This document shows positions 1-10,751 of a stretch of 54,069 nucleotides of DNA, in pieces; position 1 is the stretch's first letter; each line of letters starts with the position of its first letter. The translations under genes were made by a program, and so were the position numbers. Below the pieces are notes generated by a model. It was given only the letters and a program-made list of their open reading frames with translations, was not told the origin of the DNA and did not search any database. The stretch is from assembly GCA_003551845.1 (NCBI GenBank), contig PUNQ01000056.1:1-54069 (forward strand), read 5' to 3'. This DNA is from Candidatus Nealsonbacteria bacterium (lineage in GTDB: Bacteria > Patescibacteriota > Minisyncoccia > Minisyncoccales > PWPS01).

Positions 1-119
1 ATGAAAAGACTGAGGATAGCTACGTTTATCCCCAACTCAACTATGTCTTCCTTGCTCATCTTTCCCTCTTCTTCCTTTAGAAAATCGGTGATTGATTTTT
101 TAATTCTAAATTCTTTCAC
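1..119 (-). CDS. Partial small protein (N-terminal part only), possible His-Xaa-Ser (HxsA-like) RiPP precursor
   Basis: Manual translation from GTG at 119: (M)KEFRIKKSITDFLKEEEGKMSKEDIVELGINVAILSLF, open to the window edge, with an in-frame TGA upstream at 146-144. The IKKxIxxFLxxEEGKxSK pattern resembles my recollection of CPR/DPANN HXS precursor leaders; the diagnostic C-terminus lies outside the window. Confidence 0.45.
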   Translation of the reverse strand, partial: MKEFRIKKSITDFLKEEEGKMSKEDIVELGINVAILSLF

Positions 120-267
120 TTGGCTTTTAAGTTTATCGTATCTTCATTGATTATAAACCGTATAAAAAATAGTGCAAATTTTTAATGGTCACCCACTTGT
201 CCACAAGGATTTCTTTTGTTAAAATTGTTGGAGTAACCATCCTATTATTAGTTATTCACTAAATCAG

Positions 268-1971
268 ATGAACAATACCGAAAACAGAGGAAAAATAGCC
301 TACTTCAGCATGGAGATAGCTATAAAAAACAGTATCAAAAGCTACAGTGGAGGTTTGGGAGTTTTGGCCGGAGATACCCTGAAGGCGGCTGCGGACTTGA
401 AGATGCCAATGGTCGGAGTAACTCTTTTGAATAACCAAGGATACTTTAAGCAGATAATTAATAAAAACGGAGAACAAGAGGAAGAGCCCGATAATTATGA
501 TTACTCAAAATTAAAAAAAACGGATGCCGAGGCGATCGTATCAATAGAAGGAAACGAAGTAAAAGTAGGTGCTTGGAAATATGAGATAAAGGGAGAAAAA
601 GACTATTTTGTTCCGGTCTATTTTTTGGATACCGATATCGAAGGAAATAATGAGGAGTACAGAAACCTTACCGGAAATCTTTACGGTGGTGATGATCGAT
701 ATCGCTTTATGCAAGAGATAATCCTGGGAAGGGGTGGAGTAAAAATATTATCTTCTTTGGGATATGAAGATATCCAAAAATATCATCTTAATGAAGGTCA
801 TGCAGCCCTGGCGGTGATAGAAATTTTTTCCCAATTCAAGCCGAGACCACTAACCTTAACTTCCAAAAGAGCGGAAGAGATAATCGAAAAAATAAGAGAA
901 AAATGTATCTTTACCACCCACACTCCGGTAGAAGCCGGGCATGATATTTTTCCCTTGGATTTGGTTGAAAATTTACAACCGGAAATGCCCTATCGATTTC
1001 CCGGCTTGATAAAGAAAGACTTTCTCAACATGAGTCATTTGGCGGCTTATTTCAGCTTTTACATCAACGGCGTTTCCAGAAAACACCAAAAGGTTTCCAC
1101 GGAGATACTTCCCGATTATAAAATTTCATCGATTACCAACGGAGTGCATTCCAAAACCTGGACATCTCCGGAATTCAAAGAGCTATTCGATAAATACATT
1201 CCCGGCTGGCGAAGCTGTAGCCTTTCTCTGAGAAACGCTTTCAATATTTCACCGAAAGAAATTTGGGATGCTCACCAAAAAACCAAGAAAAGATTGCTTG
1301 ATTATGTTGAAGAAAAAACGGGAAAAAACTTATCGGAAGATATCTTTACCATAGGTTTCGCTCGTCGTTTCGCAACCTATAAACGCCCGACTCTCCTTTT
1401 TAACGATATGGACGAGTTGATTAGAATCCACAAAGAGGTAGGAAGAATGCAGATAATTATTGCCGGAAAAGCTCATCCTAAAGATTCGGCGGGTAAGCAA
1501 AAGATAAAGGAGGTTCATGAAATAATGAAAAATTATGAAAACGATATCGATATCGTCTTTTTGCCCGACTACGACATGCGGGTTGCGAAGCTACTTATTC
1601 CCGGTGTTGACATATGGCTGAATACTCCCCTTCCACCGAATGAAGGATCGGGAACCAGTGGGATGAAAGCGGCTCATAACGGCGTTCCTCATTTCAGCAC
1701 GCTGGACGGCTGGTGGCTGGAGGGATTCATAGACAGAAAAACCGGGTGGTCAATAGGAAAAAAAGAAGGCTCCTCTTCCCCGGAAGAGCTGACCGAAGAA
1801 GATTCAGCCGATCTTTACTATCGGTTGGAAGATAGAATATTGCCCAGATATTACAACACTCCCGACAGATGGCGGGAGACGATGAGACATACCATTGCAA
1901 TCAACGCTTCCTTTTTCAATTCGGAAAGGATGCTCAGGCAATACGCTCAAGAAGCCTATCTCCAAAAATAG
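268..1971 (+). CDS. glgP: Alpha-glucan (glycogen/maltodextrin) phosphorylase
   Basis: AYFSME, YSGGLGVLAGD, HLNEGH, FTTHTP, ITNGVH, FARRFATYKR, GKAHP and the PLP-lysine motif EGSGTSGMK. Confidence 0.95.
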   Translation: MNNTENRGKIAYFSMEIAIKNSIKSYSGGLGVLAGDTLKAAADLKMPMVGVTLLNNQGYFKQIINKNGEQEEEPDNYDYSKLKKTDAEAIVSIEGNEVKVGAWKYEIKGEKDYFVPVYFLDTDIEGNNEEYRNLTGNLYGGDDRYRFMQEIILGRGGVKILSSLGYEDIQKYHLNEGHAALAVIEIFSQFKPRPLTLTSKRAEEIIEKIREKCIFTTHTPVEAGHDIFPLDLVENLQPEMPYRFPGLIKKDFLNMSHLAAYFSFYINGVSRKHQKVSTEILPDYKISSITNGVHSKTWTSPEFKELFDKYIPGWRSCSLSLRNAFNISPKEIWDAHQKTKKRLLDYVEEKTGKNLSEDIFTIGFARRFATYKRPTLLFNDMDELIRIHKEVGRMQIIIAGKAHPKDSAGKQKIKEVHEIMKNYENDIDIVFLPDYDMRVAKLLIPGVDIWLNTPLPPNEGSGTSGMKAAHNGVPHFSTLDGWWLEGFIDRKTGWSIGKKEGSSSPEELTEEDSADLYYRLEDRILPRYYNTPDRWRETMRHTIAINASFFNSERMLRQYAQEAYLQK

Positions 1972-1972
1972 A

Positions 1973-2707
1973 TTATTCCCGAGTCAATATTTCCGGATTA
2001 CCGTCAACTATCGCTACGGTATGCTCGAAATGAGCGGATGGATTTTTAGTTTTTATGCCGCTTTTCGTATGCTTTATTCCCGGTTTTTTCAGGGTAACCA
2101 TCGGTTCTATACAAAAAACGAACCCTTCTTCTATCTTCATCCCTTTCCCCGGTTTACCGGTATTTAAAATTTGAGGAGCTTGATGAACTTCCCTTCCGAT
2201 ACCGTGACCACAAAGCCCTTCAACCACCACAAATCCACGGCTTCGCACATAGCTTTCAATCGCGTACCCTATATCTCCCAGCCTATTTCCCCGTTTTGCT
2301 TTTGCAATTCCCTTTTTTAGAGCTTTTTCGGTAACCGATAGCAATTTTTTCTTTTTCTCATCAATTTCTCCTATCGGAAAAGTTACAGCCATGTCGGTAT
2401 GATACCCTTTCCACTCAATTCCCAAATCTATGGACAAAATGTCCCCTTTTTTTAATTTTCTTTCGGAGGGAATTCCGTGAACTACGGTTTCATTGACGGA
2501 AGTACATATGGCGGCCGGAAAACCCTTGTAACCCAAAAAAGAGGGTTCGGCCCCCTCCTTAAAAATCAGATCTTTGGCCAATTCTTCCAGCTTACCGGTG
2601 GTTATTCCCGGTTCGGCTCTTTTTTTAACTATTTCGGTGATTGAAAAGAGCTTCCTTCCACCTTCTCTCATCAGTTCAATCTCTTTTTTATTTTTAAGCT
2701 CAATCAT
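1973..2707 (-). CDS. map: Methionine aminopeptidase type I
   Basis: SVNETVVHGIP, DLG...TDMAVT, GHGIG, IEPM, SAHFEHT; located downstream of adk. Confidence 0.97.
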   Translation of the reverse strand: MIELKNKKEIELMREGGRKLFSITEIVKKRAEPGITTGKLEELAKDLIFKEGAEPSFLGYKGFPAAICTSVNETVVHGIPSERKLKKGDILSIDLGIEWKGYHTDMAVTFPIGEIDEKKKKLLSVTEKALKKGIAKAKRGNRLGDIGYAIESYVRSRGFVVVEGLCGHGIGREVHQAPQILNTGKPGKGMKIEEGFVFCIEPMVTLKKPGIKHTKSGIKTKNPSAHFEHTVAIVDGNPEILTRE

Positions 2708-3269
2708 CGATTCCCAATAAATTAATTATATCCTTTTGAACTTTTTTAATCGATTGCTCTCCGTTTATCGTTTTCAAGATTCCCTTCTCCTTATAAAAAT
2801 CGAGTACCGGCTCGACATCGGTCTCAAACCAGCCCAAACGTCTTTCAATTTCTTCTTCATGGTCATCAGCCCGCCCACGCTTCAAAAGCCTTCTCTTGGA
2901 CTCTTCCCGGCTTATGTCGATGTGAATGGGGATAAAATCATTCCACTCGAACATTTGAAAAACTTCTTCCAACATTTTAGCCTCGTAAAGCTTTCTGGGA
3001 TTGCCGTCAAAAAGAACTCCGTCCACATTTCCGGCTTGCCTGAATTCAATCAACTTGGGCATCCAAATATTAAAAACCACGGGAGTCGGTATCAACCTGC
3101 CCTCGGAAAGCGCTTTCTCAATCTTGTTACCCATAAAGTCATCCTTTTTTGCCCTTTCTCTTAAAAGCTTTCCGGTGTAGATCGGCTCCCAGTCGGTTTT
3201 TTCAATTATTCTTTCCGCCTGAGTTCCTTTTCCGCAACCGGGTCGCCCTATCAGTGATATTATTCTCAT
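2700..3269 (-). CDS. adk: Adenylate kinase (short, LID-less form)
   Basis: P-loop GRPGCGKGTQA, DGNPR, RGRADD; located between secY and map. Confidence 0.9.
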   Translation of the reverse strand: MRIISLIGRPGCGKGTQAERIIEKTDWEPIYTGKLLRERAKKDDFMGNKIEKALSEGRLIPTPVVFNIWMPKLIEFRQAGNVDGVLFDGNPRKLYEAKMLEEVFQMFEWNDFIPIHIDISREESKRRLLKRGRADDHEEEIERRLGWFETDVEPVLDFYKEKGILKTINGEQSIKKVQKDIINLLGIDD

Positions 3270-3333
3270 ATATTTTTCCCTTTAAAATTTATTAACTTGG
3301 TTATTATAGCATTAGTAAAACTTTTCTCCAATC

Positions 3334-3353
3334 AAAAAACGGTCCGAAGACCG
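3334..3353 (-). terminator. Intrinsic terminator after secY
   Basis: Minus strand CGGTC-TTCG-GACCG followed by T6. Confidence 0.7.
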
Positions 3354-3400
3354 CTTCAAGGCTTGTCAGCGAATTAGCCGACATCATATGACAAAGCCAC

Positions 3401-4675
3401 CTAAATTTCTTCGTATTCTCTCATTTGAAGTTGAGCATTTATCTGTTGAGTGGTGTCCAGCACAACCGAAACTATAATCAAAATGGAGGCACCACCGATT
3501 AAAAATTGAAAGGTTCCCACTCCGGTTATTCCGGCAATAATGGAAGGCATCACCGCAATGGTAGCCAAATAGAGGGCACCGACCGTAAGAACACGATTCA
3601 ATATGTATCTGATATGATTTTCAGTCGATTTTCCGGGCCTTATTCCGGGAACGAAGCCTCCCATCTTTTTTAAATTATCGGCAACGTTTTCCGGGTCGAA
3701 GGTAACCGCCGTATAGAAAAAGGTGAAAAGAAAAACCAAGACGAAATAAGCCGTCCCCTGGACCCAGGGATTTTCCAAAAATGACCCCACACTTGCCGCA
3801 ATGGGAGCAATCGCTCCCTCCGTTTCAGCTAAAAATTGAGCAACCATAGGAGGCATGGCCATCAGGGAAAGAGCAAATATAATCGGAATAACTCCGGCCG
3901 GATTTATATTTAGCGGAATGTAAGTTGAAGATCCTCCATAAACTTTTCTGCCCTTCACCCTTTTTGCATAGGAAACCGGAATATTTCTCCTCGCCTCGTT
4001 AACCAAAACTACGGCAGCAACTATAAATATCGCTAAAAAGATGAATAAAATATAAGACGGTAATTGAGTATAATCCCAAGTAACTATCGCTTCATATATT
4101 TGAGCGGGAACATTGGCTATAATACCGGCAAAAATCAGTAAAGAAACCCCGTTACCGATCCCCTTTTCACTTATAAGCTCACCTATCCACATCAAAAATA
4201 CCGTTCCGGCGGTGACCGTAAGTATCGTGGCAATCAAATCAACCGGCCCAAGGGGGTCTATAACTCCCTGATTCTGAAAAAGAGTCAACATTCCGAAGGA
4301 TTGAAGAGTGGCAAACGGAACGGTCAAAAGTCTTCCGTATTGATTTATCTTTTGCCGTCCTTGCTCTCCTTCTTCCTTGTAAAGTTTTTCCAGGCGAGGA
4401 AAAACCATGGTTAAAAGCTGCATAACAATTACCGCCGTAATGTAAGGTCCCAAGCCCAGCATGGCAATTGAAAACCTGTCCATGGTTCCACCGGTAAAAA
4501 CATTGGCGAACTCAAACATCTGAAATTGAGCAAAAAACTCTTCCAATCTCTCCGGATCCATTCCCGGCATCGGAATATTGGCCATCACTCTGAATATTGC
4601 CAACATTCCCAAAACGAAAAGTATCCGATTTTTCAGGTCTTCAATCTTAAATATTTGAGCTATCTTTTTGAACAT
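3401..4675 (-). CDS. secY: Preprotein translocase subunit SecY
   Basis: LGLGPYITA, GIGNGVSLLIFAGI, AGVIPIIFA, GFVPGIRPG; multiple TM segments. Confidence 0.98.
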   Translation of the reverse strand: MFKKIAQIFKIEDLKNRILFVLGMLAIFRVMANIPMPGMDPERLEEFFAQFQMFEFANVFTGGTMDRFSIAMLGLGPYITAVIVMQLLTMVFPRLEKLYKEEGEQGRQKINQYGRLLTVPFATLQSFGMLTLFQNQGVIDPLGPVDLIATILTVTAGTVFLMWIGELISEKGIGNGVSLLIFAGIIANVPAQIYEAIVTWDYTQLPSYILFIFLAIFIVAAVVLVNEARRNIPVSYAKRVKGRKVYGGSSTYIPLNINPAGVIPIIFALSLMAMPPMVAQFLAETEGAIAPIAASVGSFLENPWVQGTAYFVLVFLFTFFYTAVTFDPENVADNLKKMGGFVPGIRPGKSTENHIRYILNRVLTVGALYLATIAVMPSIIAGITGVGTFQFLIGGASILIIVSVVLDTTQQINAQLQMREYEEI

Positions 4676-4709
4676 GGATTGAGTTCTTTTTAGGTTATCC
4701 TAAAATATT

Positions 4710-5135
4710 TTATTCGACAGTTCCTCCCGCCTCGGAAATCTTCTTCTTTGCACTCTTCGAAAATTTACAGCTTTTGACGGTTAATGATTTTTCAATTTTT
4801 CCTTCTCCTAAAATTTTAACTTGCGGAACTTTTCCCTTTACTCTTCTCACCAGCCCTTTTTCTGCCAATACGAAAGGCTTAACGGTGTCTCCGTCATCAA
4901 AAGCGGCTTGAAGGTCCTTGACGTTAACCACGGCGAATTTTTTTCCGGAAGAGGTGTTGTACCCTCTCAACTTGGGATATCTTTTAATTAACCCTCTTAT
5001 TATCGGTTCTCCTCCGGTTCCGGCTCTCTTTTTTTGTCCCTTGGTTCCTTTACCGGAAAAAGAGCCACGAGCACCGCCGCGACCGATTCTTTTTTTCTTC
5101 TTCTTATCTTTTGATTTTAAATCGTGAAGTTGCAT
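4710..5135 (-). CDS. rplO: 50S ribosomal protein L15
   Basis: KRIGRGG...GKGTKGQK, PKLRG, KILGEG; operon position. Confidence 0.97.
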   Translation of the reverse strand: MQLHDLKSKDKKKKKRIGRGGARGSFSGKGTKGQKKRAGTGGEPIIRGLIKRYPKLRGYNTSSGKKFAVVNVKDLQAAFDDGDTVKPFVLAEKGLVRRVKGKVPQVKILGEGKIEKSLTVKSCKFSKSAKKKISEAGGTVE

Positions 5136-5590
5136 TATTCCTTTAAATTATCCAAAGCTTTTATAGTCGCCCTGGCGTTGTTCAACTTGTTTCTCGTATT
5201 GCCCAATATTTTGGAAGATATGTCTTGCACTCCGGCCATCGAGCATATCGATCTGACCGTTCCACCGGCTACCAAGCCCCTTCCTTTGGCTTGAGGCTTT
5301 AAAAGCACTTCCGCCGCACCGTGTTTTCCCATTATTTCATGAGCGATGGTTCCTTCTTTCAAATTAACCTCTATAACATTTTTTTTGGCCTTTTTGGTCG
5401 CCTTGTCTATCGCCTTTCCGACATCGTTACCTTTTGCCAAGCCGACACCCACTTTTCCATTTTGGTTTCCGACCACGACCAAAGCCCTGAACCTTAATCT
5501 TCTTCCGCCGGCAGTCATCCTTTCCACTCTGTCTATGTGTAAAACATCCGATTTGAATTCCTTGTCTTTTTGTTGCTTTTTTCTTTCCAT
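5135..5590 (-). CDS. rpsE: 30S ribosomal protein S5
   Basis: GGRRLRFRALVVVGN, GRGLVAGG. Confidence 0.97.
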   Translation of the reverse strand: MERKKQQKDKEFKSDVLHIDRVERMTAGGRRLRFRALVVVGNQNGKVGVGLAKGNDVGKAIDKATKKAKKNVIEVNLKEGTIAHEIMGKHGAAEVLLKPQAKGRGLVAGGTVRSICSMAGVQDISSKILGNTRNKLNNARATIKALDNLKE

Positions 5591-5617
5591 AGTAATGTCG
5601 GTGAGTATTATTAAAAA

Positions 5618-5971
5618 TTAAAATTCAAGTCCCGCTTCTCGCGCTCCTTCGGCCAAAGCCTTGACTCTTCCGTGATATTTATAGCCACCCCTGTCGAAAA
5701 CAGCTTTTTTTATTCCTTCTTTTTTCGCCTTTTTCCCCAAAAGTTTACCAGTCTCAAAAGCCAACTTCACCTTCCTGTTATCTTCTTTTATCTCTTTTTC
5801 AATATCTTTGTCCTTGGCGGAAGCCAATACGTTTCCGGTAGTGTCATCAACAAGCTGTCCATAGATATGCTTTGAAGACCTGTAGACATTTAACCGGGGC
5901 TTGCTTTTTGTTCCTCTTATTTCGGACCTGATTCTCTTGTGTCTTTTTTTTCTTGCTTTTTCTTTTGACAT
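5618..5971 (-). CDS. rplR: 50S ribosomal protein L18
   Basis: [42 protein letters not shown]. Confidence 0.98.
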   Translation of the reverse strand: MSKEKARKKRHKRIRSEIRGTKSKPRLNVYRSSKHIYGQLVDDTTGNVLASAKDKDIEKEIKEDNRKVKLAFETGKLLGKKAKKEGIKKAVFDRGGYKYHGRVKALAEGAREAGLEF

Positions 5972-5991
5972 TTTTATTTTCTTGATCCTTT

Positions 5992-6534
5992 TTATTCCGT
6001 ACCGACCGCCTTTTTACCCTCTTTTCTTATTATCTCTTCTCCTTCATATCGAATTCCTTTTCCCTTGTAGGGTTCGGGGGGTCTGACCGCTCTTATCTTG
6101 GCGGCGACTTCTCCCACCTTCGCCTTTTCTATTCCGGAAACTTTTATCTTTCCTTTTTCAACCTCAACGGAGACATCTTCCGGGGGATCCATTTTAACCG
6201 GATGAGAAAACCCGACTTCTATTACCAGGGTTCTCCCTTCCGTTCTTGCTCTGTATCCGACTCCGTGAAGCTCCAATTTTTTTTCAAATCCTTCCGTTAC
6301 TCCATGAACCATATTAGCCACTAAGCTTCTTTCCAATCCCAAAAAGGCTTTTGATTTCTTGGTTTCCTTTTCTATCGTAAGCTGTAATGATTCTCCTTCT
6401 TTTTTTATTCCTATTTCCGGTCGTATTTTTCTTTCAAGCTCGCCCTTGGGTCCTTTCACCCGTACCAATCTCCCGTTTATTTCAACATCCGCCGTCGAAG
6501 GTATATTTATCGGTTTTTTTCCTATTCTGGACAT
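5992..6534 (-). CDS. rplF: 50S ribosomal protein L6
   Basis: Starts MSRIGKKPI at ATG 6534 (ORF track start is over-extended); [13 protein letters not shown]. Confidence 0.97.
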   Translation of the reverse strand: MSRIGKKPINIPSTADVEINGRLVRVKGPKGELERKIRPEIGIKKEGESLQLTIEKETKKSKAFLGLERSLVANMVHGVTEGFEKKLELHGVGYRARTEGRTLVIEVGFSHPVKMDPPEDVSVEVEKGKIKVSGIEKAKVGEVAAKIRAVRPPEPYKGKGIRYEGEEIIRKEGKKAVGTE

Positions 6535-6538
6535 GGTT

Positions 6539-6928
6539 TTAATGCACTTTACATAAAATTTCTCCACCCAAGCCGGCTGTTTTCGCTTCCTTGTTGGTCA
6601 TTACTCCTTTGGGGGTCGATATTATCGATATCCCGTAACCTCCCTTAACCGGCTTTATGTCTTTTAGGGAAGTATAAACTCTTCTTCCCGGCTTGGAAAC
6701 CCTTTCCGTTTCGGTTATCGCCGGTTTTCCGTTTTCGTATTTCAAATTGACCCTGATTACTCTCTTCGGGTTTTTTCCTTTCTTTTCAGCGGCATCGATA
6801 AATCCTTCCGCTTCCAAAACTTTGGCAATCTTGTATTTGATTTTGGAAAAAGGAATATCGACCGTCTTTTTGTTTACGGCCTGTCCGTTTTCCAATCTAT
6901 TTAACATGTCCGTTATTGGGTCAGTCAT
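6539..6928 (-). CDS. rpsH: 30S ribosomal protein S8
   Basis: MTDPITDML, SKPGRRVY, STPKGVMT, GGEILC. Confidence 0.98.
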   Translation of the reverse strand: MTDPITDMLNRLENGQAVNKKTVDIPFSKIKYKIAKVLEAEGFIDAAEKKGKNPKRVIRVNLKYENGKPAITETERVSKPGRRVYTSLKDIKPVKGGYGISIISTPKGVMTNKEAKTAGLGGEILCKVH

Positions 6929-6944
6929 AATTCTGATATAAATT

Positions 6945-7130
6945 TTACCAACTTGATTTTCTTATTCCGGGTATTTCTCCCTCATTTGCCTTTTCTCTGA
7001 AGCAAATCCTGCAGAGTCCGAAGTCTCTCATATATCCCCTGGTTCTGCCACACCTGAAGCAGCGACGAACTTTTCTCGTCTTGTATTTCGGTTCTTTTTT
7101 GGCTTTTTCTTTTTGTGCTCTTGTTGCCAT
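6945..7130 (-). CDS. rpsN: 30S ribosomal protein S14 (zinc-binding type Z)
   Basis: 61 aa, RCFRCGR...[15 protein letters not shown]. Confidence 0.97.
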   Translation of the reverse strand: MATRAQKEKAKKEPKYKTRKVRRCFRCGRTRGYMRDFGLCRICFREKANEGEIPGIRKSSW

Positions 7131-7137
7131 ACTTTTT

Positions 7138-7701
7138 TTAATTATCTTTTTTGAAAGGAAATCCCATTTTTTTGAAAAGCTCCAATCCTTCTTTTTCGGT
7201 TTCGGCGGTGTTGGTTATCGTTATCTGCATACTGAATATATCATCCCTTTCATCGGCAGGTATTTCCGGAAAAGAGATCTGTTCATCTATTCCCAGAGTC
7301 AAATTTCCGGAACTGTCCACCGAATTCGGGTTAAGTCCCCTAAAATCTCTCAACCCGGGAAATACGACATTTATCAATTTTTCTAAAAAATTATTCATCC
7401 TTCCACCCCTCAAAGTAACCATGATACCCACCGGATCTCCTTCTCTTATGTCAAATCCCGAAATTGATTTTTTTGCTTTGGTTACCACCGGTTTTTGTCC
7501 GGCGATAAGTCCGATATCTTTGGATACGTATTCTATTATTTCTTCTTTTTTATCGGTTGATTTTCCTTTCAGCTTTTCTCCTATTCCCGTATTCAAAACC
7601 ACTTTTTCCAATCGGGGGACGGCCATTCGGCTACCGTACCCGAATTCATTTTTCATCTCGTCAACCACCTTTTCATTAAATTGTTTCTTCAAATCTTCCA
7701 T
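7138..7701 (-). CDS. rplE: 50S ribosomal protein L5
   Basis: [30 protein letters not shown]. Confidence 0.97.
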   Translation of the reverse strand: MEDLKKQFNEKVVDEMKNEFGYGSRMAVPRLEKVVLNTGIGEKLKGKSTDKKEEIIEYVSKDIGLIAGQKPVVTKAKKSISGFDIREGDPVGIMVTLRGGRMNNFLEKLINVVFPGLRDFRGLNPNSVDSSGNLTLGIDEQISFPEIPADERDDIFSMQITITNTAETEKEGLELFKKMGFPFKKDN

Positions 7702-7702
7702 A

Positions 7703-8011
7703 TCAATTAAACTCTTTTTTACATTTTTTACAAACTCTTTTTTTATCTTTATCGGATCTTTTTATACCCGTTCTCACTGCATCACCGCATTTCGGGCAAA
7801 CCAATTTTACATTGGATACGTCCATCGGAGCGGGAAATTCAACAATCTGCCCCGATTCTCCCTGTTTTTTGGGTCTTACATGCTTTTTCATTAAATTCAA
7901 TCCTTCCACGATAACTTGCCCGTCTTGAGGAAAAGCATGCATCACTTCGCCCGTTTTTCCCCGATCCTTGCCCGCAATTATTAAAACTTTGTCACCTTTT
8001 TTTATTTTCAT
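7703..8011 (-). CDS. rplX: 50S ribosomal protein L24
   Basis: [18 protein letters not shown] (KOW motif), SNV. Confidence 0.97.
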   Translation of the reverse strand: MKIKKGDKVLIIAGKDRGKTGEVMHAFPQDGQVIVEGLNLMKKHVRPKKQGESGQIVEFPAPMDVSNVKLVCPKCGDAVRTGIKRSDKDKKRVCKKCKKEFN

Positions 8012-8379
8012 ACTATCTCCTTTGCTAAAGTGGTAATCTTTTTGAATCCCTTGTCGGCCAGCTCTCTCGGAATCGGACCGAAGATTCTACCTCCCTTGGG
8101 CTCGTTGGAGTCACCGTCCAAAACCACGGCCGCATTTTCATCAAACCTGACATAGGATCCGTCTTTTCTTCTGAATTCTTTCTTTTGCCTGACTATCACC
8201 GCCCTGACCACATCATGCTTTTTAACTTCTTTTCTGGGTTCCGCCTCTTTTACGGCAGCCACTATCACATCACCGATTTGAGCATACCTTTTTTTGGAAC
8301 CACCCAAAACCTTGAAGCATTGAATCTTTTTAGCTCCCGCATTATCGGCCACTTTCAATTTTGTTTCCGGCTGAATCAT
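8008..8379 (-). CDS. rplN: 50S ribosomal protein L14
   Basis: Starts [17 protein letters not shown] at ATG 8379; [18 protein letters not shown]. Confidence 0.97.
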   Translation of the reverse strand: MIQPETKLKVADNAGAKKIQCFKVLGGSKKRYAQIGDVIVAAVKEAEPRKEVKKHDVVRAVIVRQKKEFRRKDGSYVRFDENAAVVLDGDSNEPKGGRIFGPIPRELADKGFKKITTLAKEIV

Positions 8380-8383
8380 GAAG

Positions 8384-8623
8384 TCAACTCTTTTTAAGCT
8401 TTTTAACGACTTTCCATCTTTTTCTTCTTGAGATCGGTTTCGCTTCTTCAATCAGAACTCGATCCCCCTCGACGCAATCTTCATTCTCATCATGTGCTTT
8501 ATATTTTTTGTGTACTTCGTATCTTTTTTCGTAACGAGGATGTTTTTTGACCCTTGAAACCTCGACAACTACCGTTTTGTCTTGCTTTGTGGAAATAACT
8601 TTTCCTTCCAATTTACTTTTCAT
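8384..8623 (-). CDS. rpsQ: 30S ribosomal protein S17
   Basis: [26 protein letters not shown]. Confidence 0.97.
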   Translation of the reverse strand: MKSKLEGKVISTKQDKTVVVEVSRVKKHPRYEKRYEVHKKYKAHDENEDCVEGDRVLIEEAKPISRRKRWKVVKKLKKS

Positions 8624-8810
8624 AAGAACCCTCGTTTAAAATGGTTAATATTCTGGCAATCTCTTTTTTTAAACCTCGAGCTTCTTTTATATTTTTTACT
8701 TTTCCTGAAGAAAGTCCGTATCTCGTCTCTCTGAGCTTTTCTCTTTTTTGATCAAGAAGCTTTCTCAACTCTTCTTCACTTTTTTTTCTTAATTGATTCG
8801 CTTTCATCAT
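8613..8810 (-). CDS. rpmC: 50S ribosomal protein L29
   Basis: 65 aa, KKEIARILT; lies between rplP and rpsQ. Confidence 0.93.
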   Translation of the reverse strand: MMKANQLRKKSEEELRKLLDQKREKLRETRYGLSSGKVKNIKEARGLKKEIARILTILNEGSYEK

Positions 8811-9220
8811 TTTTTTCTTACGAATTTGGTTCTGACCGGTAATTTGTCCGAAGCTCGGGAAAAAGCTTCCTTGGCTTTCTCTTCACTTATTCCGTCGAGC
8901 TCGAAAATGATGCGACCCGGTTTTATGGGTGCTACATATCTGTCAACACTTCCCTTTCCTCCTCCCATGGGAACTTCCAATCCTTTTTTGGTCACCGGTT
9001 TGTCCGGAAATATCCTTATCCACATCTTTCCTCCTTTTCTGAGATGCCTGATTATCGCCCTGCGAGCCGCCTCCAGCTGCCTGGAAGTAATCCATTTGGC
9101 ATCAAGGGTTTTGAGTCCGTAGGTTCCGAATTCAACCTTGGTTCCGGAGGAGGCTACACCTTTGAGCCTCTTCATCTCCTTGTGCCTTTTTCTGTGTTTT
9201 ACTTTTTTCGGTACTAACAT
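8807..9220 (-). CDS. rplP: 50S ribosomal protein L16
   Basis: [25 protein letters not shown]. Confidence 0.98.
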   Translation of the reverse strand: MLVPKKVKHRKRHKEMKRLKGVASSGTKVEFGTYGLKTLDAKWITSRQLEAARRAIIRHLRKGGKMWIRIFPDKPVTKKGLEVPMGGGKGSVDRYVAPIKPGRIIFELDGISEEKAKEAFSRASDKLPVRTKFVRKK

Positions 9221-9221
9221 G

Positions 9222-9872
9222 TTAATCGAATTTTTCTCCTTTATAAATCATTACCTTTATTCCGATCGTTCCGAATTTACAATAAGCTTCTTCAAAAGCA
9301 TAATCCAAGTCGGCTCTCAAGGTTTCTCGGGGCAGATTTCCTTCCGAAATATGCTCCGTTCTGGCGATCTCACTACCGTTAAGTCTTCCGGCAACCTGGA
9401 TTCTGGCTCCTTGAACGCTTCTGTTGGCCGTAATTTTTCCCATGGCGTGCTTTATAACCCTTCTGTAATGCATCCTTTTTTCCAATTGCTTGGCTATCTC
9501 CTTGGCGGCTACGGAAGCCCGAGACCAGGGATCTTTTACTTCTTTGACTTCTATTCTGACATTTTTTTCCGGAGTTAATCTTTCTTTCTCCAAAACCTCA
9601 TCCAGTCCGGCCTTCAAGCTTTTGACTCCTTCTCCTCCTCTACCGATGACAAGACCCGGCCTGGAAGAATGAATTACTATATTCAATTGAGAAGGTGTTC
9701 TTCTTATTTCTATTTCAGCCAACCCGACATCATGCAATCTGTTATTTATATATTCCCTTATGATGTGGTCCTCTTCCAGGTACTCGGGATATTTTTCATC
9801 ATAAAATCCCTTCGACTTCCAGTCGGTCGTAGTGGTTATTCTTTTAATTCTCGGATGAGATCTCTGGGACAT
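9222..9872 (-). CDS. rpsC: 30S ribosomal protein S3
   Basis: [10 protein letters not shown] (KH domain), [20 protein letters not shown]. Confidence 0.98.
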   Translation of the reverse strand: MSQRSHPRIKRITTTTDWKSKGFYDEKYPEYLEEDHIIREYINNRLHDVGLAEIEIRRTPSQLNIVIHSSRPGLVIGRGGEGVKSLKAGLDEVLEKERLTPEKNVRIEVKEVKDPWSRASVAAKEIAKQLEKRMHYRRVIKHAMGKITANRSVQGARIQVAGRLNGSEIARTEHISEGNLPRETLRADLDYAFEEAYCKFGTIGIKVMIYKGEKFD

Positions 9873-9877
9873 GTTTT

Positions 9878-10393
9878 TTATATTGATTTTCTTCTAAAAA
9901 TACTTTCACCTTTACCTTTTTGCTCTTTTTTTGTTTTATCTTCTTTTCTCGGAGGCTTCGAATCCTTATCTCTTTTATCTTTTGCTTCTTCTTTGGGCTT
10001 CTCTTTGCTCTTTACTTTCTTTATCTTTCCTTTTTTTCCGGTCTTCAATTCTTCTCCGGGATTGACTTCATCCAAAACCAAAGTGATGTGTGATGTCTTC
10101 TTTTGAATTTGGTTGGTCGCTCCCCGCGCTCTGGGTCGCCATCTTTTCAGTGTCGGGCCTTCATCAACTCTTATTTCGGCAACGTATAAATCTTTCTCAC
10201 TCAATTCAAAATTGTGTTCAGCGTTGGCAACAGCCGATTTTAAAAGCTTCTCGACCGGTTCAGCCGCTTTATTGGGAACAAATTGTAACTTAACCTTCGC
10301 TTCGGAAACTTTTCTACCCCTGATCAAATCCGCAACCAAGCGAACCTTGCGGGGAGACATTCTCAGATAATTCAATTTTGCATCAACTTTCAT
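9878..10393 (-). CDS. rplV: 50S ribosomal protein L22 with Lys-rich C-terminal extension
   Basis: SPRKVRLVADLIRG, SAVANAEHN, RPRARG; about 60-aa charged tail. Confidence 0.97.
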   Translation of the reverse strand: MKVDAKLNYLRMSPRKVRLVADLIRGRKVSEAKVKLQFVPNKAAEPVEKLLKSAVANAEHNFELSEKDLYVAEIRVDEGPTLKRWRPRARGATNQIQKKTSHITLVLDEVNPGEELKTGKKGKIKKVKSKEKPKEEAKDKRDKDSKPPRKEDKTKKEQKGKGESIFRRKSI

Positions 10394-10421
10394 AAATTTT
10401 TACACCACTTTAATCGTTTTT

Positions 10422-10718
10422 TCAACTCTTTTTTTCTTTTCCGCCTTTTTCAATCTCCCGCTGCATACGTCCACCGTGCCTTATGAATTTTTTCGTCGGC
10501 GAAAATTCTCCCAACTTATGCCCGACCATATCTTCGGTAACCGAAACCTCCACATGCTCTTTTCCGTTATAGACACCGAAAGTAAAGCCGATCATTTCGG
10601 GTGTAATTACCGCATCTCGAGCCCAAGTCTTTATCATCCCGTCTCCCGGTTTCCTGTCGGCTACCTTCTTTATCAATCGCTCATTTATGTTGGGGCCTTT
10701 TTTTAAACTTCTTGCCAT
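10422..10718 (-). CDS. rpsS: 30S ribosomal protein S19
   Basis: [21 protein letters not shown]. Confidence 0.98.
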   Translation of the reverse strand: MARSLKKGPNINERLIKKVADRKPGDGMIKTWARDAVITPEMIGFTFGVYNGKEHVEVSVTEDMVGHKLGEFSPTKKFIRHGGRMQREIEKGGKEKKS

Positions 10719-10751
10719 ACTTTTAACTGAATATTAATTAACCTGAATTGA

